Assembly: GCF_006345805.1 (NCBI RefSeq)
Contig: NC_043004.1
Span: forward strand, 35,402,001-35,466,000
Direction: 5' to 3'
From: Octopus sinensis
Taxonomy: Eukaryota
DNA: 64,000 bases
This document shows positions 13,471 through 27,071 of the stretch, in pieces (position 1 is the first letter of the stretch; each line of letters starts with the position of its first letter). A program made the position numbers and the translations under genes. Below the pieces are notes generated by a model that saw nothing but the letters and a program-made list of their open reading frames with translations, had not been told where the DNA came from and made no database searches.

Positions 13471-14684
13471 GTAGATGAAATATGTACTAAGCAAAGTGGC
13501 TAGGGCTGAAATAGTCAAAGTTGTGGTACTCCAGCATGGCTGAACTTCCAAATACAAGCGACAAGTAAAGAAAAAGTACAAGAATTAATAATTTCTGTGT
13601 AGGTTTTGTTTTGTTTAGTGGTTTTTTAGAGTTTAAGAAGTATTGTTGTCTTTTTTGGAAACTAGTTTCCATACTTTTGACAAGTTTCTGCATTACATAT
13701 CAATATTTTAAAATAATTTATTGCTCTACCAGTATCGGTTTCTTGGAATATTGCTGTCATCTTTTATATTTCTCTATCTCCATCTAGAAATAGATGACCC
13801 AAAGACAAATGGACAATATACCGCATAAAATATTGTGGTCTTTCCTATTTTTAAATCAGGAAACAATGATTGCTATTAGACTGCAAAACATGCACCAGTT
13901 CCATCCGTTATTTAGTTTTTTTCAAATTTATTTCCTAATCAATAAATTGCAGAATAGATGACTTCGATTCTGTCGAATGCAGCCTGTCATTTTTTATTGT
14001 ATACTTGGGTTCAAAACTTGAATGTCTGAGTTCAAACCAAGATGAGCTTCACGTCACATTATTACCATTCTAAGAAACAAAATAATTATTGGTAAATAGT
14101 TAGAAAATAATTCAATAAACTATTAATTGTGTTTTGAATATCAGTTATATAAGGAAGACATCTTTACATTAGATAATGATTATTTGTAAGTAAACCCAAA
14201 GGCTTTGTAAGTTATGGAGATAGAGCAACTATGGAAGTATTGAACAGTAAAAGTATATATTCATAAAATCTGGCTGAAATTGATGGGTGAGCATTTGACC
14301 CAATCAGATGTGCACAGAGCCGTGTTAGCATTGATATGTAGGTTTGATTCTAGCTTGGTTTAGCTCATCATTTTTCAGTCAATTGTTTATATAAAAAATG
14401 TTGCCTTAAATCAGAGTATATATATCATTATTATGATATATTATCATATAGTTATATGTATGTATGCATGTATGTAAGTATATATATTTACATATACATA
14501 CATGCATATAGTGCTTATTACATGGCACCATCACAACTATTTTGTATAAGGCACCAGCATTGACTGGTTCATCTGTCAAGGTACTTGATGATCCTGTTGG
14601 TGCTGGTGCCACATAAACAGCATTGGTTAAATGATAATGATGAAGATATATATATATATATATATTTATATATACATATATATA

Positions 14685-14867
14685 AAAGGAGGTGAATTTC
14701 TGGCTTTGAGTAAAAGAAATTACAAGCGGATCAGTTAATTATGATTTTAATCAACGTATTCCCCTCTCAGATTATTGCAGCAGTCTTTCAGTTTTTCTAA
14801 GCCCTGAAGTCTCCACCCAGGCCTTTCATGATATCATTAAAGCCAGGAACTTTTCAGCACCAACTCA
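14685..14867. mobile_element. mariner-type MITE
   Basis: right end aagccaggaacttttcagcaccaactca|TA; degraded matching left end after TA. Confidence 0.7.
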
Positions 14868-14959
14868 TATTTATGTTATTCTATGAAAACTGAAAAGACA
14901 TCGCAAACTGTAATACAGAGCTTCACTTAACCAATCATCAAACAACCATGAGTATTTCA

Positions 14960-15065
14960 CAACTGTCCAATGATGAGTTACTTGAAACACCCGGAGCTGC
15001 AATTGATATGAACAGATCTGATCCTAATATGCAACTGTCCTAGAAACAGCTGTCAAGGACTATCT
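14960..15065 (+). ncRNA. possible degraded hammerhead motif with long stem II insert
   Basis: gtcc-a-aTGATGA-g ... a-GAAA-CAGCTG-TC-aaggac; palindromic stem III loop typical of Penelope-associated hammerheads, but C3 is replaced by A and the stem II closing pair is broken. Confidence 0.3.
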
Positions 15066-15770
15066 GCACCTTTCCATCACTCGCGAGTTATTCACTAGTG
15101 ATATCATGGATTGCAGTTACTTGCCTAGATCAAATGAACATTAAAGACTTCTTTTCTACCTTATCCTTGAGTTTACCTGTCTACTCCTGAAGCATTATGG
15201 ACTTTCAATCCGTCAGCTCTTTCCTGGTCACCTGCTGTATTCTTATACTTATTTATATATCCTTGTTCTCTCTTCTATGTCTTATATAAATATGTTATAA
15301 ATTGATTTGAGACTTTGGAACTGCTTGAACATACTTCGTTCTACTACACCTATATTTACGTGTTGGTGTGTGTTTATTTGTATCTAATTTTACTGATCTA
15401 TATTAGCAGATGTAAATGTCAGTGAAAAAACTGACGTTCTTCAAGGGAAGTCCCCTATAATGGCTGTTCTTCACTGAGTTACAAATATACCCTTGTCATC
15501 TCACCATTAGAAATGCAGTGAACCAGTAACCGACAGACTGGAAGTCAGTAACAAACAATGCTATGCTTCAACAATTTCAACGTAAAACAAAAGAAGTGAA
15601 AGTTGTTTACACCAAACATATTTTAGACTTAAAATAATGAGTTGTAGAATAAGCTTGTTTGAAGAAGCACAAGTTGTTATGTAAATTATATTTTCATGTG
15701 GACAACAGTTTTGGTCTAAGCAACCATAACTCAGAAACTTGTACTTATTAAACAAAAATAAATATTATGA

Positions 15771-15771
15771 C

Positions 15772-15803
<32 letters not shown>

Positions 15804-15961
15804 TAACAACAACAATAATAATAATAAAACAGCGAGAATCAAAACAGCAACAACAATTATATTAATAATAATACTAATAATAATAATAATGATGATGATG
15901 ATGATAATAATAATAGTAATAGTAATGATAATAATAATAATAGTAATAATAATAATGATAA

Positions 15962-15993
<32 letters not shown>

Positions 15994-15994
15994 A

Positions 15995-16035
<41 letters not shown>

Positions 16036-16070
16036 ATAGTAGTAGTAGTAGTAAGTAGTAGTAGTAGTAA

Positions 16071-16167
<97 letters not shown>

Positions 16168-16168
16168 A
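15771..16168. repeat. ~400-bp compound trinucleotide microsatellite (AAT)n/(AAC)n/(GAT)n/(AGT)n
   Basis: directly visible; source of poly-N/V/S/Y/L/T ORFs. Confidence 0.97.
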
Positions 16169-16179
16169 TGAGATTTCAA

Positions 16180-16312
16180 ATGTTGGCACTGGACCAGAAA
16201 GTTTGGAGATGACTAATCAATTACATCAACCCCAGTATTTAACTGGTATATATTTCATTGACCATGAAAGCATGAAACACAAAGTCAACCTCAGCAGAAT
16301 TTCAACTCAGAA
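16180..16312 (-). mobile_element. degraded Nin/Deu-like SINE fragment
   Basis: ccccagtatttaactggta...aaagtcaacctcagcagaatttcaactcagaac. Confidence 0.7.
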
Positions 16313-16821
16313 CTTTCCACTGAGATAATAATAACAATAACAACAATAATAATAATTATGATGATACATCAATCCTTTTAGAATCAATAATATCAATATG
16401 CTAACTTTTTGTTTTTGTATGTACCTGTTGTGTGCGTCACACTTCAAAGTGGGTAAGTGAGAGAGAGGAAATAAGAGAGAGGGAGAGTGAGAGTGAAAGA
16501 GACAGTGTGTGGCGACAGCATTCATTTTGTTTTTAAATGTTTCAGAGAGGCAGTAAGAGAGGAAAAGAGAGAGAGAGTGTATGAGACAGTGAGTGGTGAT
16601 GGCGTTCGTTTTGTGTTTTTAAATATTTATCACATCACAAGAGAAGTAGATACATAGATTCATATACACACTGTTAAATCAAAACCAGGAGAGAAGAGGG
16701 ACACAAAGGAAGTAAGAGAGAAAGTGAGAGACAGTAGAAAAGTTCATACATAGATATATACACACAGCAAATATTGGATGTCAATTTCACTTTTCATTGC
16801 CCCACGAGGATAAAATTAACT

Positions 16822-16932
16822 CACGAGTGACTGAGTACTCCACAGACATGCATAATATTAATGTAGTTCTCAGGGAGATTCAGCCTCACACAGAATATGA
16901 CAAGGCTGGCCCCTTTGAATTACAGCTACAGC
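16822..16932 (+). repeat. dispersed repeat fragment, unclassified
   Basis: related to 5490-5580. Confidence 0.65.
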
Positions 16933-17239
16933 TCAAGACATATATATATATATGAATGTATTTGTGAGTGTGTATAGTTTACGTTAAAACATGTTTGCAG
17001 TAATAAGAGTCGCATGGTGGAAATAAACTCACTTACCAAACTTTCATTCATAAATCCATTTATTATTTCGTTCTTTTGCATTTCAACTTGTACATTAAGG
17101 TTCTTTGAATATGTACAATGTATTTTAAGGTTAAATAGTAATTCCGTTTACGTTTGTGTAACTGAGATATTTTGGTTGGATTATATAGCCATTGGTGGTA
17201 CATTACTTTCTATATTCTGTAACCGTCACAATATACTTT

Positions 17240-17372
17240 TCTAGGCCTGAATTTTTTTGTGGGGAGGGGTCAGTTGATTAGATCGACCCCAGTACACAAC
17301 TGATAGTTAATTTATCGACCCTGAAAGGTCGAAGACAAAATCGATTTCGGCAGAATTTGAACTCAGAACGTA
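17240..17372 (-). mobile_element. Nin/Deu-like SINE fragment
   Basis: gatcgaccccagtacacaactg...atttatcgaccctgaaagg...gaatttgaactcagaacgt. Confidence 0.8.
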
Positions 17373-18424
17373 AAGAGAGAAGGTCATAATATACAAACAT
17401 TTCTCATGGCACCAATACACTGTTTACAGATGCTTACATTTTTTTATGTTTTCCATGAAGTTTTCACGGGTCCAGCTAGTAATAATAATAATAGTAATGT
17501 ATGAAGACGAATAAAAGAAAAAGTGGTTAGCAAAGTTGTGTATTCTGAGAATCTGAAGTATTCAGTGATGGAGGGAAGTAAATTTGAAACTGTCAATACA
17601 ATGATTGATAATATTTTATTGATCTCCCACTAAAAACATTGGGAATCACATCAGGATTATTCCTCTCTGATGAATGTTGTAAAAAACAAAATGACCAAAT
17701 AAGTAAAATTGATGTCTTGTTAATAATACATTTGTTCAGTGATACAACAGACTCTCTTACATCAGTTTCCTCATTGTCCTCATTATGTGTCGTCATCATC
17801 ATCATCATCATCATCATCATCACGACAACCAAATTCAATGGCACACACTGTTTACAGCATTGTCACAACTTTATCATTCCCCAGATTCTTCTGTCCGTGG
17901 CTGGCTTCCCATGCATTGTCTTATGTAGAGAACTCAATCACTGTCAACAATCTTGTAATATGTCTATGTTTACCAGACAGATATTATTAATTTCGTAATG
18001 GGATACTTGATGGCTAGAGCTGACCAAGTCTACATTTGATGTAAGACCACCAACCGAATGGTCAGGGTTTCTTACCTGATTACTAGTGATGTAATGTAAT
18101 CTTAGACAAGACACTCAACTATTAAACATTCCAAAAGATTCAGAAAACAATCGACAGCAAGAATCATAGAAGTGAACCCCGAAGGGTGTTGTTGTAAATC
18201 ACGAAGATGCCATTAAACTGCAATAAATCTAAGTTATCTCAGAATGGAACCTACCAGACTGTAGCATTTTATACAGTCTTGAAGAGGTGTTCTGATCATT
18301 TAATGTGTTACATGACTAAATGAGACAGAATTGATTGCCAGTGGCAAAGTTGACGGAATAACTGTCTACAAACCTCACAATCTGGAAAGTAAACATCATT
18401 GTTGTTCTCAATATCGAGGTCATG

Positions 18425-18640
18425 TGAGGTGGTGAGTTGACAGAATCATTAGCATCCCAGACACGATGCTGACCAATATTTTGTTCATATTCACATTCTG
18501 AGATCAAGTTCTACCAGAGACAACCTTGCCTTTTATCCTGACAAGGTTTATAAGAAAGTACAGCAGAGGAGGCCAATGTAAATGACTTCGCCTTCTCCTC
18601 AAAAGCTGCCGACCCTGTGCCAAAATTTGAAACCATCATT
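18425..18640 (+). mobile_element. degraded tRNA-derived SINE
   Basis: ggtggtgagttgacagaatcattagc...ttctgagatcaagttc...gtgccaaaatttgaaacc. Confidence 0.7.
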
Positions 18641-19186
18641 GCCATTATCATCATCGTCCTCATGAGAACATGTAACAATGAAGGTGAATGGCATACTAGG
18701 TATCACTTTGTGTCCAAAAGCACTGTCTACAATCTGTGTTGAAAATACTAAGCAGTCACTAATGTAGTCCGGAGAGCAGTGACAGGATAAAGATAACATG
18801 AGAGGGTACGCAAGGATGGGCGTGGGGGTGGGGCATTGTGTGATTGATTATGTGTTTTGTTGGTTTGTTGTGTTATGTTAAAGTTCTTCTAGGAATAGAG
18901 AGAGAATTCTCAGCAAGAAATCTATAAAGATATTGTCAAAAATGAAGCTTTTTCATCTACAGCAGACCTGGACAAATTGCAGCAGAGAGGATGCATGGAT
19001 CAATCAAAGTTCACTGAGAGAGATTTTCTACAACACTGCAGCCACTTCCTTCTGCCCACTATCACTTATTTCCAATCAAGTGTGTGTGTGTGTGTGACCT
19101 CAGCTGCCCACACAAATCACAGACTAATCCACCCAAACCTTCCTCTCTTACATATTTTCTGGAATCTTCCATAATTGTTTTTATAA

Positions 19187-19204
<18 letters not shown>

Positions 19205-19230
<26 letters not shown>

Positions 19231-19455
19231 CGTTTTGGGATTTGGTTTACAAGATTCTTTATATGATTTCGTGTGTTGAAGCATATTCTGTTGTGTCTGG
19301 GGTGAGTCATTTTCTTTGTTTGCCTTATAATGTACACACCACTGGTAAAGTTTTAGGAAAATAAAAATAAGAAAAAAAGTGGAAATTTTACCGGTGAGTG
19401 TGTTACATTATTAGGCACAAAAAGAAAATGACTCTCCCCAGACACAACAGTATAT
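19205..19455. mobile_element. second copy of palindrome-plus-tail fold-back element (opposite orientation to 11596-11850)
   Basis: atttcgttttgggatttggtttacaagattcttt tail then ctgttgtgtctgggg...ccccagacacaacag; (AT)n on both sides. Confidence 0.85.
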
Positions 19456-19749
19456 AATATATATATATATATATGTACATGTCACAATAACATGATATCA
19501 ACCAGAATATTGACTGTTGTTATACATCACTGGTCACAATGCACTTCTCATTGTTTTACTTTTCAAATGATGCCACTCCACTAGCTAGGCAAGCAGGCCA
19601 TATGTATACCTATACTTAAATGTATATGTATGACTATGTATATACTGCTTTCCTTCCTTCCTTCCTTTCTTCCCCAAGCACTGCCAAATCTTAATCCAAC
19701 AACAAGTCTGGTTAACCCCCCTCAATGATACCATGGCAACTGCATGGCA

Positions 19750-20225
19750 CCAAACACAACACACCAATACATCCGTACACACACACACACACACATCAGT
19801 CACATATGTTCACACACCAGTGCACACTGCACACATGCTCACACATATAAATACCTGACATATGCATATACACACACACAAGGTATAACCATACACATAC
19901 TTGTTCATGCAGATATGCATGCACACATACTGACACAAATGCAGACATTTGCATATACATGCATATCAGACATATTCATATGTACACATGCTTGCCAAAC
20001 ACATACATACGGATACATACCCACAGCAGATTATAATGCAAATGTATATGAGCACACACAGCAGATGCCAACGTACACATATACGTACACACATGCACAC
20101 AGCTGATACACACACACTTACACATATACACCACATACACACACCCAATCACACATGTACATACCCACCAATGAGCCAATATTGCATGCAATACAGACAC
20201 ACACACATACAGACACACACTAACA
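19750..20225. repeat. degenerate (AC)/(AT)-rich low-complexity tract
   Basis: directly visible; source of H/T/Y-rich ORFs. Confidence 0.85.
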
Positions 20226-21369
20226 ACTAGTGTTGCTAACAATTCTCTCTTCATCCTCTAGACAGCCAGGAATCTCCCTCATCCTGCCCAACCACATGGT
20301 CCTATAAATACAGATTGACATTTCTATCTCTATTTGATGTCACTACTATATCAATATTGATATCACCAATACCACATGACCTGCCTTGACCAGAAACAGC
20401 TGAATATCCAGTAGCCATCTTGCACTTTTTCCATTCATTTTATCTAAGCCTGAAGGGCTACATTCATTTTCAAACCCACAGAACTTTGAGCTACATTAAA
20501 CCAAATCAAACTGTTATTAAATAATGCATATATACATCTATGTATGTTTATATAGGTATATTTATGAGTATGTGTGTGTGTGCATAATATAGATAGACAG
20601 ACAGACAGATAGATATGTATATATGTATGTTATTATTCAATTTTATTTCAAGATTTCTTGCCAATAGAGAAAGAGTTGGTTTCTAACCTAGATCCAAGGC
20701 TCCTTCATTAGAATTTCAACATCAACAACAGGGTATTTTTGTTTTGTATGTATATATGTATAACTTTTTTTTTTTTAACATAATCTTTAAGTCTGGCTGT
20801 TAATTTGAATAATTTCATTTTGTCTGTCTCTCACACTATTTTCCAAAGTTTTAGAATATAATTTAGTTTAATGTATGGTGTTTATGCATTACTACATAAA
20901 CATTGTCTGTGCTACATTTAATGTTTGTTAAATTATCCTTGCAGTGATGTGATCTGGTTTACGTAAACAATAATTCTTTAGGCCCACTCTCATAAAAAGA
21001 GTGCCTGTATTTGATCTAATAATTCAACAAAAGACAGCTACAATTCCATTTAGTGTTTGGGTGTTAAAGGTGCACAGGTACAATGAAAAAAAAAGGCATC
21101 AGCTCAGCGGTGCCTACCTATGCATGCAGATAAACTTTTTCACAAATTATAGTGTGGGTTATAATGCATTGCTTACCCATGCTTTTCAATTTAACTGAAT
21201 TTTGGGTTTTTTTTCTAAGTATCATCATTATAAGTATTTATACTCTGGTGAGATTAAGAAATCAACTCATAATTAACCAAAACCTTCAAATGCATCACTG
21301 TACACACACACACACACAATCGCATATCTATGTAAGCATTTATGAATGTTTGAAGATAATTAAAACAAA

Positions 21370-21527
21370 TGTTCATTATTTCGAGCCACTCTTCCAATGA
21401 GTATTTCTGCCAAATTTGGTGAAAATCCATTCAGCCATTTTCCATTAATTTTGCAAACACACAGGCAAACAGACAAAGACGAGTGACTACAACACCCTGC
21501 TTTTGCTTATGCAAGCAGAGTAATCAA
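21370..21527 (+). mobile_element. degraded DINE/Helentron-like non-autonomous element
   Basis: ccaaatttggtgaaaatcc...aaacacacaggcaaacagac...ctgcttttgcttatgcaagcag terminal hairpin. Confidence 0.45.
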
Positions 21528-21564
21528 CACTAAAAAGGTACAGAAAATAGATTTCATCACATGC

Positions 21565-22598
21565 CTGGGGGAAAACTAGAAGTAATTGATAGCTTCCATT
21601 TCCTAGGTGACCAAGTCAGTAGCAGGGTGAATACTCCAAGAGCATAGCTGCTAGTATAAGAATAGGCTGGGCAAAGTTCAGAGAGGTCCTACCTCTGCTG
21701 GTAACAAGGGGCCTCTTGCTCAGATTGAAAGGCAGATTGCACGATACCTGTGTGCAAACAGCCACACTACATGGCAGTGGAACATGGGCTGTGACTGCTG
21801 AGGACATGCATAGGCTTGTAAGAAATGAAGCTAGTATGCTCCACTGGATATGTAATGTCCGTGTGCATGCACAACAGAGTGTAAGCATACTAAGAGAAAA
21901 GTTGGGCATAAGAAGCATCAGATGTGTGAAAGAGAGATGACTGAGCTGGTATGGTCATGTGATGTGTATGGTTGAGGACAGCTGTGTGAAGAAGTGTTGC
22001 CCAGGAAGATATGGGACAAGTGGGCGAAGCACGATCTTCAAATGTTGGGCCTCACGGAAAGATCGAGACCTCTGGCGATGTGCTGTGCTTGAGAAGACCT
22101 GTCAAACCGAGTGAGAACATAGTCACTGAACTGGCTCCTTAAAAGCACCCTTCAATCATTGGGCAATATGCTGTGCTTGTGAAGACTTGTTGACTTAAGT
22201 GAAATCATAGTTGTAGCCAATGCAAGTGCCATCTGACTGGCACCTCTGCCAGGGGCACATAAAAGGCACCATTTCAGCATTGGGCCTCATGGAAGCAGTG
22301 ACAGGTGACCAAGCCTTTAGCAATATACCATTCTTGTGTTGACCTGTCAAGCCAAGTGAGACCATAGTCATGGCCATTGCCAGTATCAGGTCAATGGCAC
22401 ACATGCCAGTGGCACATAAAAAGCACTCATTACATTCTTGGGGTGGTTGGTGTTAGGAAGAGCATCCAGCTGTAGAAACTGTCAAATCAGGGTGGAACCT
22501 GGTGCAGCTCCCCAGCTTACCAGTTTTCAGTCAAACCATCCAACCCATGCCAGCATGGAAAGCAGACATTAAATGATGATGATGATGATGATGATGAT
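21565..22598 (+). mobile_element. 5'-truncated, decayed RTE LINE (ORF C-terminus, 3' UTR, (GAT)n tail)
   Basis: ORF 21716-21940 LKGRLHDTCVQTATLHGSGTWAVTAEDMHRLVRNEASML is homologous to the 33618-33899 frame of the long RTE copy. Confidence 0.92.
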
Positions 22599-23524
22599 AT
22601 TACATATTTTGTTACTGGTCAGTCAATGAGGATCGGCTATTTCGGGACCTTCAAGACTGGTGTATGAAAAAGAGTTATTCTTCACCCAGAGCCCTGGTTC
22701 CAATACTTACAACAGAATGGGTCCTGCTAAAGGCACCCAAAGATCAGAGTGTGGTGCTAAAATGAGTATAAGATTAAGTTTACCATTCAAGAATACAGAA
22801 CAGAAACAATTGGGAGAATCACTCCAAAGGAATCATGACCAAAAATGGTAAAGGTTCTCCCAATCTGCTGCCTTTCACTTGTTATTTTATTGACCCTAAA
22901 AGGATTGAAAGGTAAAGTTGGCATTGGTAAGATTTGAATTCTGAATCCAGAAAGTTGGAACAAATAACGCAAGGTGTTTTATCCTACAAACTAACAACTT
23001 GAATAATTCACAACTAAAATTTTCTCAGATATTACTTAAGACAGTCAGGAATATCTATCTTCCCACTAGGTTGAAATTCACCCTCTCTCTCTTTCTCTCT
23101 CTCTCTATTTAGACAGTAATAACTGAAATCTTCACCTCACACAATTCTTATTGTCCATATTTTCTTGTTCTTTCTCATGATTTATTATTTCCCAAACCTC
23201 CTCCTGCTCTTCCTCCACCCCTTCCTCCTCAGACTGAACTTGCGATATATCACAGATGAAATCTGACTTCTTGTGAGCCATAACTTCACTCAAGGAAGAT
23301 TCACTGGTCAGGAAGTGGGCGCAAAGACTTTGTAACAATAATAACAACTAAATGTCTTGGAATTACACATTGTTAATAGAAGAACAGGCACTATTTCTGA
23401 ATACAGGGCAGAGTGGTCACAGCTGGAATGTCTTTCATGATAGAGCAACAACAATAACAATGTAATAGCCACTAGAATTGTTAATTCAGAATGTGTAGTG
23501 TAGAATATATTATATGATATTGGT

Positions 23525-23700
23525 TTCAAATTTGGACACAAGGCCAGCAATTTCAGGGGACGGGGTCAGTTACATTGGCCCCAGTATTCAACTGGTACTT
23601 ATTTTATCGATCCCAAAAGGATGAAATGCAAAGTCAACCTCAACAGAATTTGAACTCAGAATGTAAAGACAGACAAAATGTTGCTAAGGCTTTGGCCAAC
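23525..23700 (-). mobile_element. Nin/Deu-like SINE fragment
   Basis: ggtttcaaatttggacacaaggcc...tttatcgatcccaaaaggatgaa...gaatttgaactcagaatgt. Confidence 0.8.
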
Positions 23701-25569
23701 CTTATATTGTTATTTAATATTATTGTAGAATCTGATACTGGAGGAAAAAAAGACTGGGTATTAGTTTGTAGTGAGAGACCATTGAAGAAGTATTCACCAT
23801 ATTACTTGGACACAGAAATAAGTGGCCCAAATATTGTTGGCCCTTCCCAGCAAAACACTTGAACAGTAAACTAAACAAAACCACTGGCTAAGTCCACCAA
23901 CTCATAACTACATACAGTAGTGAACCTCTTTCACCAGCTCATCATTTCGTTGGTTTTTCACTACCCCTAACAACACAGTGATATGTGCTTCTTTTTATTA
24001 TTATAGAAATATATGGCTGATACTTTAAAGTTTCTAAGTCTGATCAGTTTTATTACTTGGTATTAATAAAATGAGTTGATGATAACTTGTACATTATCAG
24101 TAAAACTTCCTGCCCCCGCCGAGGATGGTAAATCAGTCATTTCTGTTGATAAGCTTAGAATTGCAAGTCTATCATAAGTTTTATATTGGTTGTGTGTATC
24201 TTTAACCTCCGACCCTTAACACTAATGCCAAATTTAATCAAAGGAAATCTACTCTGAAACAGAAAACTTTTTGTGGGAAGAATTCTTTTGATGTATCTCT
24301 GTGTTTTAAGACACAATAATATAGTCTCAGAAAAATCTCACATTAGACACACGAGTGTTCCTCTTATTGCTGAAAACTTCATTAAAACAAATAAACAGCA
24401 TTAACATATAAACTCATATTTCAAATAGAAAATATTATTATATATTGATTTCTGACACATGTTCAAGGTGTGAGATATATATAAGAAGTGAAACTGAGGC
24501 AGTGAAATACTTAGGCTTCAGGCGAAGACATCAGAAATGGAAACAAACTTAGAAATGTAATGAAAATGAGACACCAATAATTACTAATGAATGCAAGTGT
24601 AAACTTGATTTATCAAGACGTTATCATTAGAGTAATTAGTGACAAATAATTTTTATAGAAGAAGAGGCACAATGGAAGGGAGCTGATCATCTCATGGCCA
24701 TCAACTCAACACTTTTATAAAATATTTTCAATATTCCCATCAACTTTACATGACATTTTTGTTTCTAACAACATCATCCACAACTCTAACATTGTTTTTA
24801 ACCAATTAACAGACTCCCACTCCTGTCTCAAGTTTTCTTATTCACATCCTACAAAAACTAATTCTGCTCTTCCTTTCTCATATTTTCTCTGAATCTGTCA
24901 TCATTCTATGAAGTCTAGCAGACACTGATGTCAAATCTGAAGTCAAAGCACTCTTTTTTTTTTCCTTTCAACCAGTTACTCCCAACCCATCATAGGTGCT
25001 GCCCTCTGCCAAGCATAACCCATTATTCACACAACTACACTATTATCTCCCCTCCTACATACACACAGCTACCTCAGCAAATTCTTTTTATAAATGGATC
25101 CCTTAATGACTTCAATGTTTCTTGAGCTTCCACACCTCTCCAATAAAAAGCAACAAATTCATACAATTTTTTACAAATTAAAAACAGCCCATCATTTACA
25201 CACTTTGTCCATCAGCTGCAATTTTTTTTCCTTTCCCTGTTGATTATTCTTGTATATTGAATGTAACACTCATGTTCAAGCATTCCTTTTTTGTTCCAGA
25301 TTTCAATTCAAAAATCCCCAATCAACATCTTTCTTATGGTAATTATATGCTCTTTCTGGTTTGACTACAGCCATTATGATTTGTATCCAGCTTCTAATGG
25401 CTATTTTCCTCTTTAACATAAACCAACAAAATAATTGTTTTCTTATACAACAACAACTTTCGACTCATTATAGAATTTTTCTTTCTTAATTTCCAACCAA
25501 CACACTTTTACAGACATTCTTAAAGAAAACAAATTTAACCTCCAAAACCATCTTCCCTTGTACCTTTAA

Positions 25570-25752
25570 CCCTTTTGTTACCGTATTTATTTTGAAAGAA
25601 TTTAGTAAAAGAACTTAGTTATCATTAAGCTAGTGTTGGGAACATAAATTGTGACTAAAGTTTGGTGGAAGATTTTAATTCAAAACTTATGAAAACAAGA
25701 CATTTGTACTACAGAGCCAGAGGCGATTTTGGCCGGGTTGGTATCAAAAGGG
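25570..25752. mobile_element. piggyBac-type MITE with TTAA TSD
   Basis: TTAA|cccttttgttacc ... ggtatcaaaaggg|TTAA. Confidence 0.88.
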
Positions 25753-26411
25753 TTAAAGCCTACCAACATTCATGGCAATGAAAGTTTTCCCCTGTATCAC
25801 ACTTAGTAGCAAAGAACTCAGCAGTGAGAATCCCCATCTCACTCTGTAAATCAAACTGAATATTTCAGACTTTCTTATCAACGAGATACAGGAAATCCTA
25901 CTCACTGATACACCCAGGGTTATGAATTTATTTCTCAACAGCTTCCTATGACATTTAAAACCTCATTTTCCACTCATCTTTCTCATTTGCCATGTCCACG
26001 CAATTTTCACAATCTAATGTTGTCTTTTAATGTTAAAAATGCCCATTAATCAATACTATTCCTGCTTCGGTAATCTTCACAGCTTTCCTTTCATTTTCCA
26101 GTCAATATTTTATTTTGATAATGTACAACTAAGTGTTTACTTTATTAATTAGTTCGATAATGTTCAATCATCAAATATAAGCTATCAGATCCTAGTTTTA
26201 GAGAACTTATCTTTTAAATATTGCACTAATTTTCTGAATATTAAGTCTGTCTTTAACACCACTAAAAGGTAGGCAGCGTAACTTTATTTTCGTTTCTAGT
26301 CCATAATGAAATGATGTCACGGCTGTGATATGGCACTCTTCACACACTCATTTCAAACATATTTATGCTGAATTGGCTTCCAATTATATTCAATACGATA
26401 AATAATAATAT

Positions 26412-26464
<53 letters not shown>

Positions 26465-26505
26465 ATAATAATAATAATAATAATGATAATAATAATAAAA
26501 ATAAT

Positions 26506-27054
26506 GCCCTGATGCAGTACCAGGCAGTGGCTCTCATGGCTTCTGATCTTAACTGATTGGAAGTGTTATCAGTACCTTGTTTTGTCTTGGTATAAAAGAT
26601 GGGCTACAGCAAATATTCTGCTCAATACCACAGATTGCTTGTCAGTTGTTTGACCTTAACCATTGAGCATGTCCCTTAGTGGCTGACGATATGTGCATCT
26701 CTGATCACGAGCAGAAGTAGTGGGGGAGCATCATAGCCATGTGTCGAGAGGGATTCTTTGGGGTTTGAATAATTCACCTCTGGAAACATGGGTGGTTCTT
26801 TCAACATCCTTAAACAACCCTTTTCAGGGACCTTTTGAGCGGGATGGGCTACTCAACCTGAAGAAAATTCTAACTGGGCCCCACCTGCAAGGTCATGTGC
26901 TGTTTATCTTGATATGAGATCACCATGTCGCGCACATATGGTTGTGATGCATGTGCCTGGTGTACCTTTATCAGACGAGTAGTCATGATGGGTATATTGG
27001 GCTTCGGTATATTTTACCCAGGTCACTTTGATGGCATGCACTGCTCTCTCACTC
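26506..27054 (+). mobile_element. (AAT)n-flanked dispersed repeat, probably a non-LTR retroelement 3' region
   Basis: (AAT)n on both sides; second copy at 27072-27536, partial copies at 29284-29415 (-) and 43752-43920 (+); no ORF. Confidence 0.7.
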
Positions 27055-27071
27055 AATAATAATAATAATAA

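Noticed and set aside
15495-15527. LLVHCIS, similar to a phosphatase active-site motif
   Set aside because: The required CX5R is absent; a 33-nt candidate with no supporting context.
22623-22851. Coding-looking stretch (NEDRLFRDLQDWCMKK...) with a downstream GTAAAG donor
   Set aside because: The frame after the acceptor stops before the donor; the resemblance to nicotinic receptor N-termini does not go beyond EDRLFRDL.
24720-25560. Pyrimidine-rich tract that may be an old LINE remnant (also about 10490-10860)
   Set aside because: No diagnostic motif could be read in any frame.
25775-25854. TGENFHCHEC, similar to a C2H2 zinc-finger linker
   Set aside because: A single partial motif followed by a stop; no finger array.
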